Shown here one piece after another: positions 19,076-25,579 of a stretch of DNA of 25,579 nt. The translations under genes and the position numbers were made by a program. Numbering within the stretch: the first letter of the stretch is position 1; the number at the start of each line of letters is the position of its first letter. The notes under the pieces were generated by a model. That model was not told the origin of the DNA, made no database searches, and was given only the letters and a program-made list of their open reading frames with translations. The DNA comes from a virus (Duplodnaviria > Heunggongvirae > Uroviricota > Caudoviricetes): the IMG/VR virus record IMGVR_UViG_2531839131_000011; one strand, 5' to 3'.

Positions 19076-20594
19076 CCAGACGCCCCCAGATATCGGCAAC
19101 AAAAATGGCACGGGTCAGCATGTCGATAAGTTCTGCATCATCCATCTGCGGATATAATGAAGCGGCTTTGTTCATGGCGGCTTCCGGGCCATCTTTCAGC
19201 ACAGAAAAAATGACGGGTTTCAGCAGGGGATCAACCGAACGCTGCCAGTCTTCCGGTGAGACGCCCATCCGGTCGATATCATCCTCCTGCGGGATATCTT
19301 CAGCGGATAATGCGGCCTCTTTCTGCGGACCGTTATCCGGGACAACCGGTTGAGCAGTAAACACAGCTTCATCACCGACCGGCTGTGGGATATGAAGTTT
19401 TTCCTGTATCCAGGAGACCGGAATACGCATTCCCGCCGCCAGTTTCGGAATGGCGTCAGACAGTGCCGTAATATCACCCGCTTCACTGGTATCAAATACA
19501 ATGCCCGGCAGGCGGTTAATATCAATGGTGCTGTCACTGTTCAGTGCCAGCAGGGGATAAATCAGGTCACGGTTAATACTGCGGGCAAGCTGGCCCACAT
19601 CCGCGTTACGGATTTCCCGGCGAACCTCATCATGCACTTCACCCAGCGACCGTGCACCTTTATCGCCGGCCTCTGTGGTCAGGGTGCCGCCCAGAATGGC
19701 TTTTGAAATCGCTTTTTCTGCCCAGCCAATCATCGCCATAAAGGGGTCTGACTGACCATCTGCGGCGCTCTGAAAATCCAGCGTCATCCCCATCGGAATA
19801 ATGCCACCGGCACGTCGCCCGATATCCATCACGGCCTGCATCAGCGTGGCTTTCTCGCGGTTTGTGGAGCCGGTCGGATATTTACCGACGCGCATGGGGA
19901 GTCCGTAAATTTCCAGAAACTCTGCAAAATCACGCACGGAATAGTTTTTAAAAATAAAAGGCCAGATAAGCGTGCGCACAAGGCCATTGGTGCCAACGTA
20001 CCCGGTGCGGGATTTGGCCCGGTGCATAAACCAGCCGAACGGTTGCAGCTCCAGCCCGTGATAAGACGCATCACGCAGGCGTAATTCGTTCAGATTGTCG
20101 GGGTTCGCGCAGAACAGCGCCGGATCGCGATGATGCAGCGCCACCGGCACGCGCATTTTCCCAAGCCACCCCCATTCAATCTCCTGCATGGAATAGCCCT
20201 TGAGAATGGCATCACCGGCATCAAACAGGGCATCTTCAAACCACGCCGCATCATGCAGATATTCATTCAGCATGTCGGCGTCTTTTTTCTCCTGTGCGCT
20301 GGCATCACGTGCCGGAGCGATGCGCCATTCCAGCGCCTGAATGGCAAGCCGGCGTTTGCTCAGTTCGGAAAAAAGGTGGGTGTCCTTTTCTTCCATATCA
20401 AAGGCCAGGTCAGCCTGTGCGGTCAGATCACCGCGTTCGGCATCACGCAGCATCTGCGCGGCCCGGTTCGGCGTCACACCACTGGAAGGATGCTCCTGCG
20501 TACGCTTCATGACCATTGCCAGCTCATCGCTGCGGGTCTGCATTTCATCGTCAAAATCAAACGGCTGCCCGGAAATATCCAGAATACGGCCCAT
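19056..20594 (-). CDS. H: Portal protein
   Basis: 512 aa. Immediately follows the terminase large subunit with a TAATG overlap. Confidence 0.8.
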   Translation of the reverse strand: MGRILDISGQPFDFDDEMQTRSDELAMVMKRTQEHPSSGVTPNRAAQMLRDAERGDLTAQADLAFDMEEKDTHLFSELSKRRLAIQALEWRIAPARDASAQEKKDADMLNEYLHDAAWFEDALFDAGDAILKGYSMQEIEWGWLGKMRVPVALHHRDPALFCANPDNLNELRLRDASYHGLELQPFGWFMHRAKSRTGYVGTNGLVRTLIWPFIFKNYSVRDFAEFLEIYGLPMRVGKYPTGSTNREKATLMQAVMDIGRRAGGIIPMGMTLDFQSAADGQSDPFMAMIGWAEKAISKAILGGTLTTEAGDKGARSLGEVHDEVRREIRNADVGQLARSINRDLIYPLLALNSDSTIDINRLPGIVFDTSEAGDITALSDAIPKLAAGMRIPVSWIQEKLHIPQPVGDEAVFTAQPVVPDNGPQKEAALSAEDIPQEDDIDRMGVSPEDWQRSVDPLLKPVIFSVLKDGPEAAMNKAASLYPQMDDAELIDMLTRAIFVADIWGRLDAAADH

Positions 20595-22249
20595 TACCAG
20601 CCCCCTCGTTCAAACTGGTGATAATCATCAAAATCATCGTTATCAACATCATCACCACGGTGGCGTGGTGGTAGCGGACGAACGCTGTCCTCGTCGATAA
20701 CAAAACCATTCATATAAGACGCCCTGACAGCCATACAGAGCGCCACGGCAAAGTCGCCATGTCGTCGGCCTTTACCACCTTCATCTTTTGTGCGCCCCTT
20801 ATCAATCTGCGGAATACCTTTGTCCACCTTGATGTGGAGCAGGTCATCAAGTGTGGTCTGGTGCCGGGCAATCGTGATGTTCTGCGCTTCAAACTCGCCT
20901 TTCAGTTTGGGCATCCACTCCTGATACCAGGATGCGGTCAGATTCACACAGTCGATCATCTCCGGGCCATAAATCAGACGGGCGGCTTCTGCCAGATAAC
21001 CGCCGTTACCGGTGGCATCAAATGCAGCGCCGGTAAAACGGGGCAAACGGGACAGAATGAATAAAAGGATTTGTCGCTGCTGGTCATAGGTCACATTACG
21101 CAGCTCCACGCGGAAACATTCGCGCTTGCGTAAGTCAGGCGTGATGGCAAGCGGCACAAACACCGTCAGGTCGCCACGGCGTGCAAAGTCTTCGCCCAGT
21201 ACGTGTTTATTGAGCGGCGACAGCGCATCGAGCAACGGGAGCAGCTCCTGTTCACACCAGTCCTGAACGATGCCGTGGCGCATTTGTGGTGTCAGCGATT
21301 CAAAATCGTCCGGGGCTTCAAAACGCAGAATCGGGATATCCCGCGCTGGCGTCATGGCGGCTTCAATCAGCACGCGTGACAGATAAGCGCCCCCGGATTT
21401 TTTAGGAATGCAGCCGTATTCCTCGTCAGCACTCTCTTTATTCGGCGCATTCCGGTACAGGCCATCACGCCAGGCTTTTTCCGCTTCCGGCGACCACGGC
21501 TGATTCGTGACGTAACAGATACGTCGGTACAACCCGTCAGCGATGGCATCATCCAGCGTGATGCGGTGAACGCTGTAATCCTTGCGCCCCTCGCGCGCAT
21601 CCTGAATGTACTGGTTAAACAGGTTATCGACGCCGTTATGTGTCGATATGATCCGCACGCGGGCACCCCACATGGTGAGAGCAAAGGCCGCTTTCAGGAG
21701 TTCGTCCAGGGCTTCATGAAATGCCGCCTCATCAATCACCACGTCCCCCTGCAAACCACGCAGGTTAGACGGGCGGCTTGACAGCGCCTGTACCTTAAAT
21801 CCGCTGTTAGGGAAACGGATCATATAGGTGAGGATTTCTTCTTTTTTGTCGTTGTCCCAGAAGGTCTGCTCCCAGACATCAGCTTTTGCCAGCTGGTTAA
21901 AGGCGCGGGCAAACAGGGCACAGGCGGCGATATATTCCAGCGCCATTTCCTGACGGGAACCCACATAAAAGACGTTGCGACCGCCACGGCGGCGCGGCTT
22001 TGCTGCCGTCATGACATTGCGGCCCGCTTCGGCCCATGTCAGACCGGTACGACGGGATTTTTCAGCGATGCAAATCTGGCTTTCATCCTCAAACCAGCGG
22101 CGCTGATAGCCCAGAAAAACCGGTTCATTGCGGGGCTGTGCTTCCCCGATATCGGTCACGATATTCACGCCGAGCAGTTCGGCTTCCTCACGCAGGTTGA
22201 TTTTTCGGGGGGCATGAAGGGCTTTAAGGTTGTTTTCTCTGGTGTTCAT
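20594..22249 (-). CDS. Terminase large subunit
   Basis: 551 aa from ATG 22249 (AGAGGGT Shine-Dalgarno, 7 nt after the upstream stop). Walker B-like VVIDEAAF motif. The ORF-track start at 22441 overlaps the upstream gene by about 190 bp and is rejected. Confidence 0.85.
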   Translation of the reverse strand: MNTRENNLKALHAPRKINLREEAELLGVNIVTDIGEAQPRNEPVFLGYQRRWFEDESQICIAEKSRRTGLTWAEAGRNVMTAAKPRRRGGRNVFYVGSRQEMALEYIAACALFARAFNQLAKADVWEQTFWDNDKKEEILTYMIRFPNSGFKVQALSSRPSNLRGLQGDVVIDEAAFHEALDELLKAAFALTMWGARVRIISTHNGVDNLFNQYIQDAREGRKDYSVHRITLDDAIADGLYRRICYVTNQPWSPEAEKAWRDGLYRNAPNKESADEEYGCIPKKSGGAYLSRVLIEAAMTPARDIPILRFEAPDDFESLTPQMRHGIVQDWCEQELLPLLDALSPLNKHVLGEDFARRGDLTVFVPLAITPDLRKRECFRVELRNVTYDQQRQILLFILSRLPRFTGAAFDATGNGGYLAEAARLIYGPEMIDCVNLTASWYQEWMPKLKGEFEAQNITIARHQTTLDDLLHIKVDKGIPQIDKGRTKDEGGKGRRHGDFAVALCMAVRASYMNGFVIDEDSVRPLPPRHRGDDVDNDDFDDYHQFERGGW

Positions 22250-22256
22250 AACCCTC

Positions 22257-22832
22257 TCATGCCTTACCCAGCAGTACATCACGGATACGCTGCTCCAGCT
22301 CTTCGCTGATGCCATCCTGCCCGCGCAGTTCTTCACTGACGGCGTTTGCCGCTTCTTCTGCGAATGCCTGGCGGATTTCTTTCTCGCGCCGGTGGCTGGA
22401 CATTGCCGTGGATTCCAGACGCTGTGCCGCCAGCATGGCATTTTTCAGCAGGTCAATATCCACGTCAGATTCCGGGTTTTCGATTTGCCGCATCATGGCC
22501 TTAAAAAGCTGGCTGCGAGCCATTTCCAGAATCAGCTTTGTGGTTTCGCCCATTGGCTTGTCGCCAAGTTCTGCGGTCAGTGCTGACGTCATTTCACGCA
22601 TCTGTCGCAGGTTATGGCCTACCTGCTCGACGTTCGTCGCGTAACGGTTCAGACCGGAACGGGAGAGTTTCATCTCATCCGGCAGGCCAGCGTCTTCAAT
22701 CAGTGCGTTAATTTCTTCCAGAATGCGGGCCTGTGGGATCGCTTTATCACGCAGCATTTCATGCAGCGTTTTACGTACGTTTTCCGGCAGTAAATCCACT
22801 TTTGAAGCCCGGCCCCGTGTTTTCCTGTCCAT
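22257..22832 (-). CDS. Terminase small-subunit-like protein (Mu gp27-like)
   Basis: About 191 aa from ATG 22832 (AGGAGG Shine-Dalgarno). Charged helical protein directly upstream of the large subunit. Confidence 0.55.
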   Translation of the reverse strand: MDRKTRGRASKVDLLPENVRKTLHEMLRDKAIPQARILEEINALIEDAGLPDEMKLSRSGLNRYATNVEQVGHNLRQMREMTSALTAELGDKPMGETTKLILEMARSQLFKAMMRQIENPESDVDIDLLKNAMLAAQRLESTAMSSHRREKEIRQAFAEEAANAVSEELRGQDGISEELEQRIRDVLLGKA

Positions 22833-22843
22833 CACGCCTCCTG

Positions 22844-23134
22844 TCATGCACGGGGACGAGGACGCTTGACACCGGCAACGCGGGCACGACCTTCTGCCAC
22901 ATCCTGACCCCGGGAAGTCAGCGTTACGACATAAAAGCCGCGCAGGTTTTCCACGGTGACCAGTTGCTGCTCTGCCAGCCAGTCAATCTGGCCGCGAACC
23001 ACATCACGGGAAACGTTGTGTCCGTATGCATCCAGACAGTCCTGAAGGATGGATTCGTTGGCTTCGTTATTGCAGTCCATCAGGGAACGCAGGATGACCA
23101 GACGACGGTCTTCGGTCAGAATATCGTTAATCAT
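22844..23134 (-). CDS. Small protein, possible winged-helix fold (Mu gp26-like)
   Basis: 96 aa. ATGA overlap with the upstream gene. Confidence 0.45.
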   Translation of the reverse strand: MINDILTEDRRLVILRSLMDCNNEANESILQDCLDAYGHNVSRDVVRGQIDWLAEQQLVTVENLRGFYVVTLTSRGQDVAEGRARVAGVKRPRPRA

Positions 23135-23424
23135 GAATTACTCCGGTTTACTGCGTTTTCAAGCAGCAGCTCCAGTTGATGGGAAAATGACTGCACCCGC
23201 TGGGACAGCACCCGGATATCACCGGACAGCTCTGCAATTCGCAGGCGCATTTCGTGTACATCTTCTGTGCCGGGGATGCTGGCGTAGCGGGTTTCCATTT
23301 CGGTCATCCGGTTTTCAAGACGCTCCACACGCTCGGTGCTGGCAAAACTACGACGCATCGCCCAGACGGCCCCACCGGCCACAACAGGCAACAGGTAAGG
23401 CCATAACGCTAAAACTGAATCCAT
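23131..23424 (-). CDS. Membrane-anchored coiled-coil protein (Mu gp25-like, candidate releasin for the SAR lysozyme)
   Basis: About 97 aa from ATG 23424 (GGAG Shine-Dalgarno; the ORF-track start is a GTG 18 nt upstream). N-terminal hydrophobic segment LALWPYLLPVVAGGAVWAM, then heptad-like region. Confidence 0.45.
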   Translation of the reverse strand: MDSVLALWPYLLPVVAGGAVWAMRRSFASTERVERLENRMTEMETRYASIPGTEDVHEMRLRIAELSGDIRVLSQRVQSFSHQLELLLENAVNRSNS

Positions 23425-23618
23425 TATTCTGCTCCACGGCACCAGTGGCAGTAGTTCGCCATCGGCTGCTGTCTCAGCACATCAGGCCGCAGCTCACGAC
23501 CGCAACCGGCACACAATACAGGCGGGTCATACGCCGCCGGGCGGGGAATATCACGGGTATCCCCCTGCCAGAGTTCAGCGAGCAGCAGCGCCAGCGCCCG
23601 GTTCTGGTCTTCGTTCAT
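23424..23618 (-). CDS. C4 zinc-finger protein, TraR/DksA-like (Mu gp24-like)
   Basis: 64 aa with CAGC-x17-CHWC, i.e. Cys-x2-Cys-x17-Cys-x2-Cys. Confidence 0.5.
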   Translation of the reverse strand: MNEDQNRALALLLAELWQGDTRDIPRPAAYDPPVLCAGCGRELRPDVLRQQPMANYCHWCRGAE

Positions 23619-23916
23619 AAATTTCTTTCCTTCGGGTCTCCTGTTCCCGGACTGATGCCTTGTCGCGGTTGCACTGCCCGAGCGCCATCAACAGGTCAGC
23701 ATTCCAGAGAAGGGATGCTCCCCACGTCAGGGGCTGTGGCATGGGCGGAACGGGCGTTGCTTCCGTCAGTTCTGCATCAGTTTCGGGCAGGAGCACCACC
23801 GATGGCACGGGTGCGTTTTTCGAGTTCCCGCAACCTGTCAGCAGCAACGGCAGGCACAGGACGAGTGCTGCAATTGTCACCGGTAATGGCGGTTGTAATT
23901 TTTTGTTTTGCATCAT
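23575..23916 (-). CDS. Outer-membrane spanin (lipoprotein)
   Basis: Tandem ATG at 23916/23913. MMQNKKLQPPLPVTIAALVLCLPLLLTGC is a signal peptide with an L-T-G-C lipobox. Pro-rich mature part. Out of frame with, and overlapping, the inner spanin gene. Confidence 0.55.
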   Translation of the reverse strand: MMQNKKLQPPLPVTIAALVLCLPLLLTGCGNSKNAPVPSVVLLPETDAELTEATPVPPMPQPLTWGASLLWNADLLMALGQCNRDKASVREQETRRKEIYERRPEPGAGAAAR

Positions 23917-24163
23917 GATGTTCTGTCTCGTCTGCCAGCCGTGCGGCACGATTTGCGGCACGGATAGCGGAAAATACCTGCATCGTCTGTTCCTGACCGT
24001 GTAACAACCATTCAGCAGTGTGGCGGGCCTGTTGCTCCGTCTGTAATTCACGGCGCAGCGTCTGGTTATCGTGGCAGGTGCTGTCCAGCCTGTGCCACAA
24101 CACCCCGGACAGAACGGCGGCAAACACGGCAGCCAGCAGTAAACTTTTACTGGCGAAGGTCAT
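23777..24163 (-). CDS. Inner-membrane spanin
   Basis: 128 aa. N-terminal transmembrane segment LLLAAVFAAVLSGVLW, then charged helical periplasmic domain. Starts 17 nt before the lysozyme stop. Confidence 0.6.
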   Translation of the reverse strand: MTFASKSLLLAAVFAAVLSGVLWHRLDSTCHDNQTLRRELQTEQQARHTAEWLLHGQEQTMQVFSAIRAANRAARLADETEHHDAKQKITTAITGDNCSTRPVPAVAADRLRELEKRTRAIGGAPARN

Positions 24164-24665
24164 CCGCCCCCCTGATATTCCAGATAGCCATTTCCACTTC
24201 GCGACGGTTCATCAGTCCTTTCCATTTATGGCCTGCGGCAAACACCCAGCGGGCCATCTGGTCACGCGCTCCGGCGTAATCACCGGCATTGAGTTTTTTC
24301 AGCAGCGTTGATTTACTGAATGCGGTAACACCGGTGTTGAAAATAAACGTTGCCAGCGCCGTTTTCTGATATGGCGTCAGCGGCACCCTGACAAGACGAT
24401 CGATTGCCGCATAAACCGGTTTTAAATCACTGTCGAGAAGAGCCATACACTCCGCATGGCTGTAACGGCGCATTTCGATATCCGGCCCGGTATGTCCCAC
24501 ACAGACCGTAAGCACACCGGCAATATCGCGGTAAGGCATATAAGCGATATTTTCCAGATGGATCAGAGACTGACGGGTCATTTCCTGATAACCACCCACA
24601 CCGCCACCGGCAATCGTTGCCGCCAGCAGTGCGGCTTTCAGTTTTTTTGGTATCCCCGCCATCAT
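24147..24665 (-). CDS. lys: Endolysin, T4-lysozyme-like with N-terminal SAR-type segment
   Basis: 172 aa. E-x8-D-x5-T catalytic pattern (LENIAYMPYRDIAGVLT). N-terminal Gly/Ala-rich weakly hydrophobic segment KKLKAALLAATIAGGGVGG. Confidence 0.85.
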   Translation of the reverse strand: MMAGIPKKLKAALLAATIAGGGVGGYQEMTRQSLIHLENIAYMPYRDIAGVLTVCVGHTGPDIEMRRYSHAECMALLDSDLKPVYAAIDRLVRVPLTPYQKTALATFIFNTGVTAFSKSTLLKKLNAGDYAGARDQMARWVFAAGHKWKGLMNRREVEMAIWNIRGADDLRQ

Positions 24666-24685
24666 GCTTCCCTGAAAAAATGCGC

Positions 24686-24725
24686 TGATGGCAGTCTAAA
24701 AAATCAGATGGCAGGTGCGGGATTA
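24686..24725 (-). promoter_or_regulatory. Candidate C-dependent late promoter P-lys
   Basis: Minus strand CCCGCACCTGCC ... TTTTTTAGACTGCC between the C terminator and the lys start. Confidence 0.5.
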
Positions 24726-24735
24726 TGGTGACAGG

Positions 24736-24762
24736 AAATAACCGGCAGGATGCCGGTTATTT
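24736..24762 (-). terminator. Intrinsic terminator of the middle (C) transcript
   Basis: Perfect stem aaataaccggca / tgccggttattt with 3-nt loop. The C stop codon lies inside it. Followed on the minus strand by a short U-rich run. Confidence 0.6.
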
Positions 24763-25179
24763 TGGGCTTTCAGGTGAGAACAGATCAGGCTGATGACGTC
24801 GTGTATGCAGCTTTCTCTGGCGGGCAATAATCTGGTAGATCTGCGGCTGGGACAGGCGATACTGGCGACGCAGTTCTTCCATGTTACGACCATTGAACTG
24901 GCAGTAAAGCAAATCGTCGCGTAACGCGGTCAGGATCGTATCGCCGCAGGGGATGTAAAACTGCCGCCCGCCCAGAAAACAGGACAGGGCAACGGCCTGT
25001 TTACGGGCAAGCTCACGGGGATTGCTGACGTTCTGGCGTTTCAGTTCGTTTTCCAGAATATCAATCAGATCAACCACTGAACGGGGCCAGCGTGATTCCA
25101 GTTCCGGGGCCGGGATGTTATCAATATGCCCGATTAACTGGCGAATTGCCGGATCGTGTTCAAATAAATCATGCTGCAT
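24757..25179 (-). CDS. C: Late-gene transcriptional activator C (Mor/C family)
   Basis: 140 aa. Sits directly upstream of the lysis genes, separated by terminator and promoter. Confidence 0.8.
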   Translation of the reverse strand: MQHDLFEHDPAIRQLIGHIDNIPAPELESRWPRSVVDLIDILENELKRQNVSNPRELARKQAVALSCFLGGRQFYIPCGDTILTALRDDLLYCQFNGRNMEELRRQYRLSQPQIYQIIARQRKLHTRRHQPDLFSPESPK

Positions 25180-25191
25180 ATTTTCCCCCGG

Positions 25192-25311
25192 TTAACAGAC
25201 AAAAAGATACACCACGGCACTGATGGTTATCAGAACCACAAGGGCAATCACTTTTATCGCATTAATCAGCGTGGACGGCCCGAAACATTCATCACTGAAT
25301 TTTCTGTACAT
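25192..25311 (-). CDS. Small single-pass membrane peptide (39 aa), middle operon
   Basis: MYRKFSDECFGPSTLINAIKVIALVVLITISAVVYLFVC. AAAGGGG Shine-Dalgarno. Stop is 12 nt before the C start. Too short for the ORF track. Confidence 0.4.
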   Translation of the reverse strand: MYRKFSDECFGPSTLINAIKVIALVVLITISAVVYLFVC

Positions 25312-25320
25312 GGTGCCCCT

Positions 25321-25428
25321 TTACCCGAACAGACGAGCGCGAAAACGAAAGGAGAGCCAGAACGTCAGCAATCCGGCCAGCGCCCAGATGACATACTCAG
25401 GACCCGTTTTCAGTTGAGACGTTGCCAT
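25321..25428 (-). CDS. Small membrane peptide (35 aa), middle operon
   Basis: MATSQLKTGPEYVIWALAGLLTFWLSFRFRARLFG. No clear Shine-Dalgarno. Overlaps a partial ORF in another frame. Confidence 0.25.
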   Translation of the reverse strand: MATSQLKTGPEYVIWALAGLLTFWLSFRFRARLFG

Positions 25429-25579
25429 CACGGCTAATCCCAGCCCGGACAGCCCCCCCCAGCCAGGTCAGAGGCCAGACGAACCGGGCAAAATGTTCAG
25501 GCACCCGGCAGCTCATTATCAGCGCATCCAGACAATCAGCGGCAACACTTAAAGCAACACTGAAAACCGAGGCACAGCA

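Larger units (their letters stand above)
1..25579 (-). mobile_element. Partial genome of a Mu-type transposable phage (late region; phage ends and early region outside the window)
   Basis: Colinear order C, lysozyme, spanins, terminase, portal, protease/scaffold, major capsid, sheath, tube, tape measure, baseplate, S/U tail fibre, plus inverted S'/U' cassette bounded by gix-like sites. Stop/start overlaps throughout. No host-like genes. Confidence 0.85.

Noticed and set aside
20130-21064. Several 100-160-aa plus-strand ORFs inside the portal and terminase region
   Set aside because: All antisense to large, well-supported minus-strand genes, with no independent signals.
22250-22441. Upstream extension of the terminase large-subunit ORF (615 aa in the track)
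   Set aside because: Overlaps the upstream gene by about 190 bp and has an Arg/Ser-rich non-protein-like N-terminus. ATG 22249 with a Shine-Dalgarno right after the upstream stop is the credible start.
1-25579. Novel defence, toxin or cargo system embedded in the prophage
   Set aside because: Gene content and order are fully accounted for by a Mu-type late region with stop/start overlaps. No orphan gene block, no atypical-composition island, no nuclease/ATPase/methylase-like extra ORFs seen.
1-25579. CRISPR array, tRNA or rRNA genes
   Set aside because: No regularly spaced direct repeats with unique spacers, and no cloverleaf-like or rRNA-like stretches. The only tandem repeat is the single 2 x 33-bp coding duplication.

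Overview
The window reads as roughly 25.6 kb of the late region of a Mu-type transposable phage (Mu/D108-like), with every expressed gene on the minus strand. Reading from high to low coordinates: small membrane peptides at the end of the middle operon, the late activator C, a holin-less lysis cassette (SAR-type lysozyme, overlapping spanins, a C4 zinc-finger protein, a membrane/coiled-coil protein), terminase, portal, head morphogenesis genes, protease/scaffold, major capsid, neck proteins, sheath, tube, chaperone, tape measure, baseplate genes, and the tail fibre S-U pair. The window ends at low coordinates in the invertible G segment: a silent, promoterless S'v-U' cassette on the plus strand, bounded by a gix-like site at 3126-3151 and a matching half-site at window positions 1-16. 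The invertase gene would lie just outside the window. Genes are tightly packed with ATGA/TAATG overlaps. I see no rRNA, tRNA, CRISPR array, integrase, or inserted cargo/defence genes, and no evidence for a novel system. The observations worth a second look are: a perfect 33-bp in-frame tandem duplication in a small neck-region gene; the 196-bp non-coding gap between G and I (late promoter plus probable strong gyrase site); a CCCGC-containing motif recurring upstream of lys, I and the tape-measure gene; hairpin terminators after C and after the major capsid gene; the zinc-finger protein in the lysis cassette; and unannotated small membrane ORFs upstream of C. Product calls rest on synteny, size and motifs recalled from the Mu family, not on any database search.
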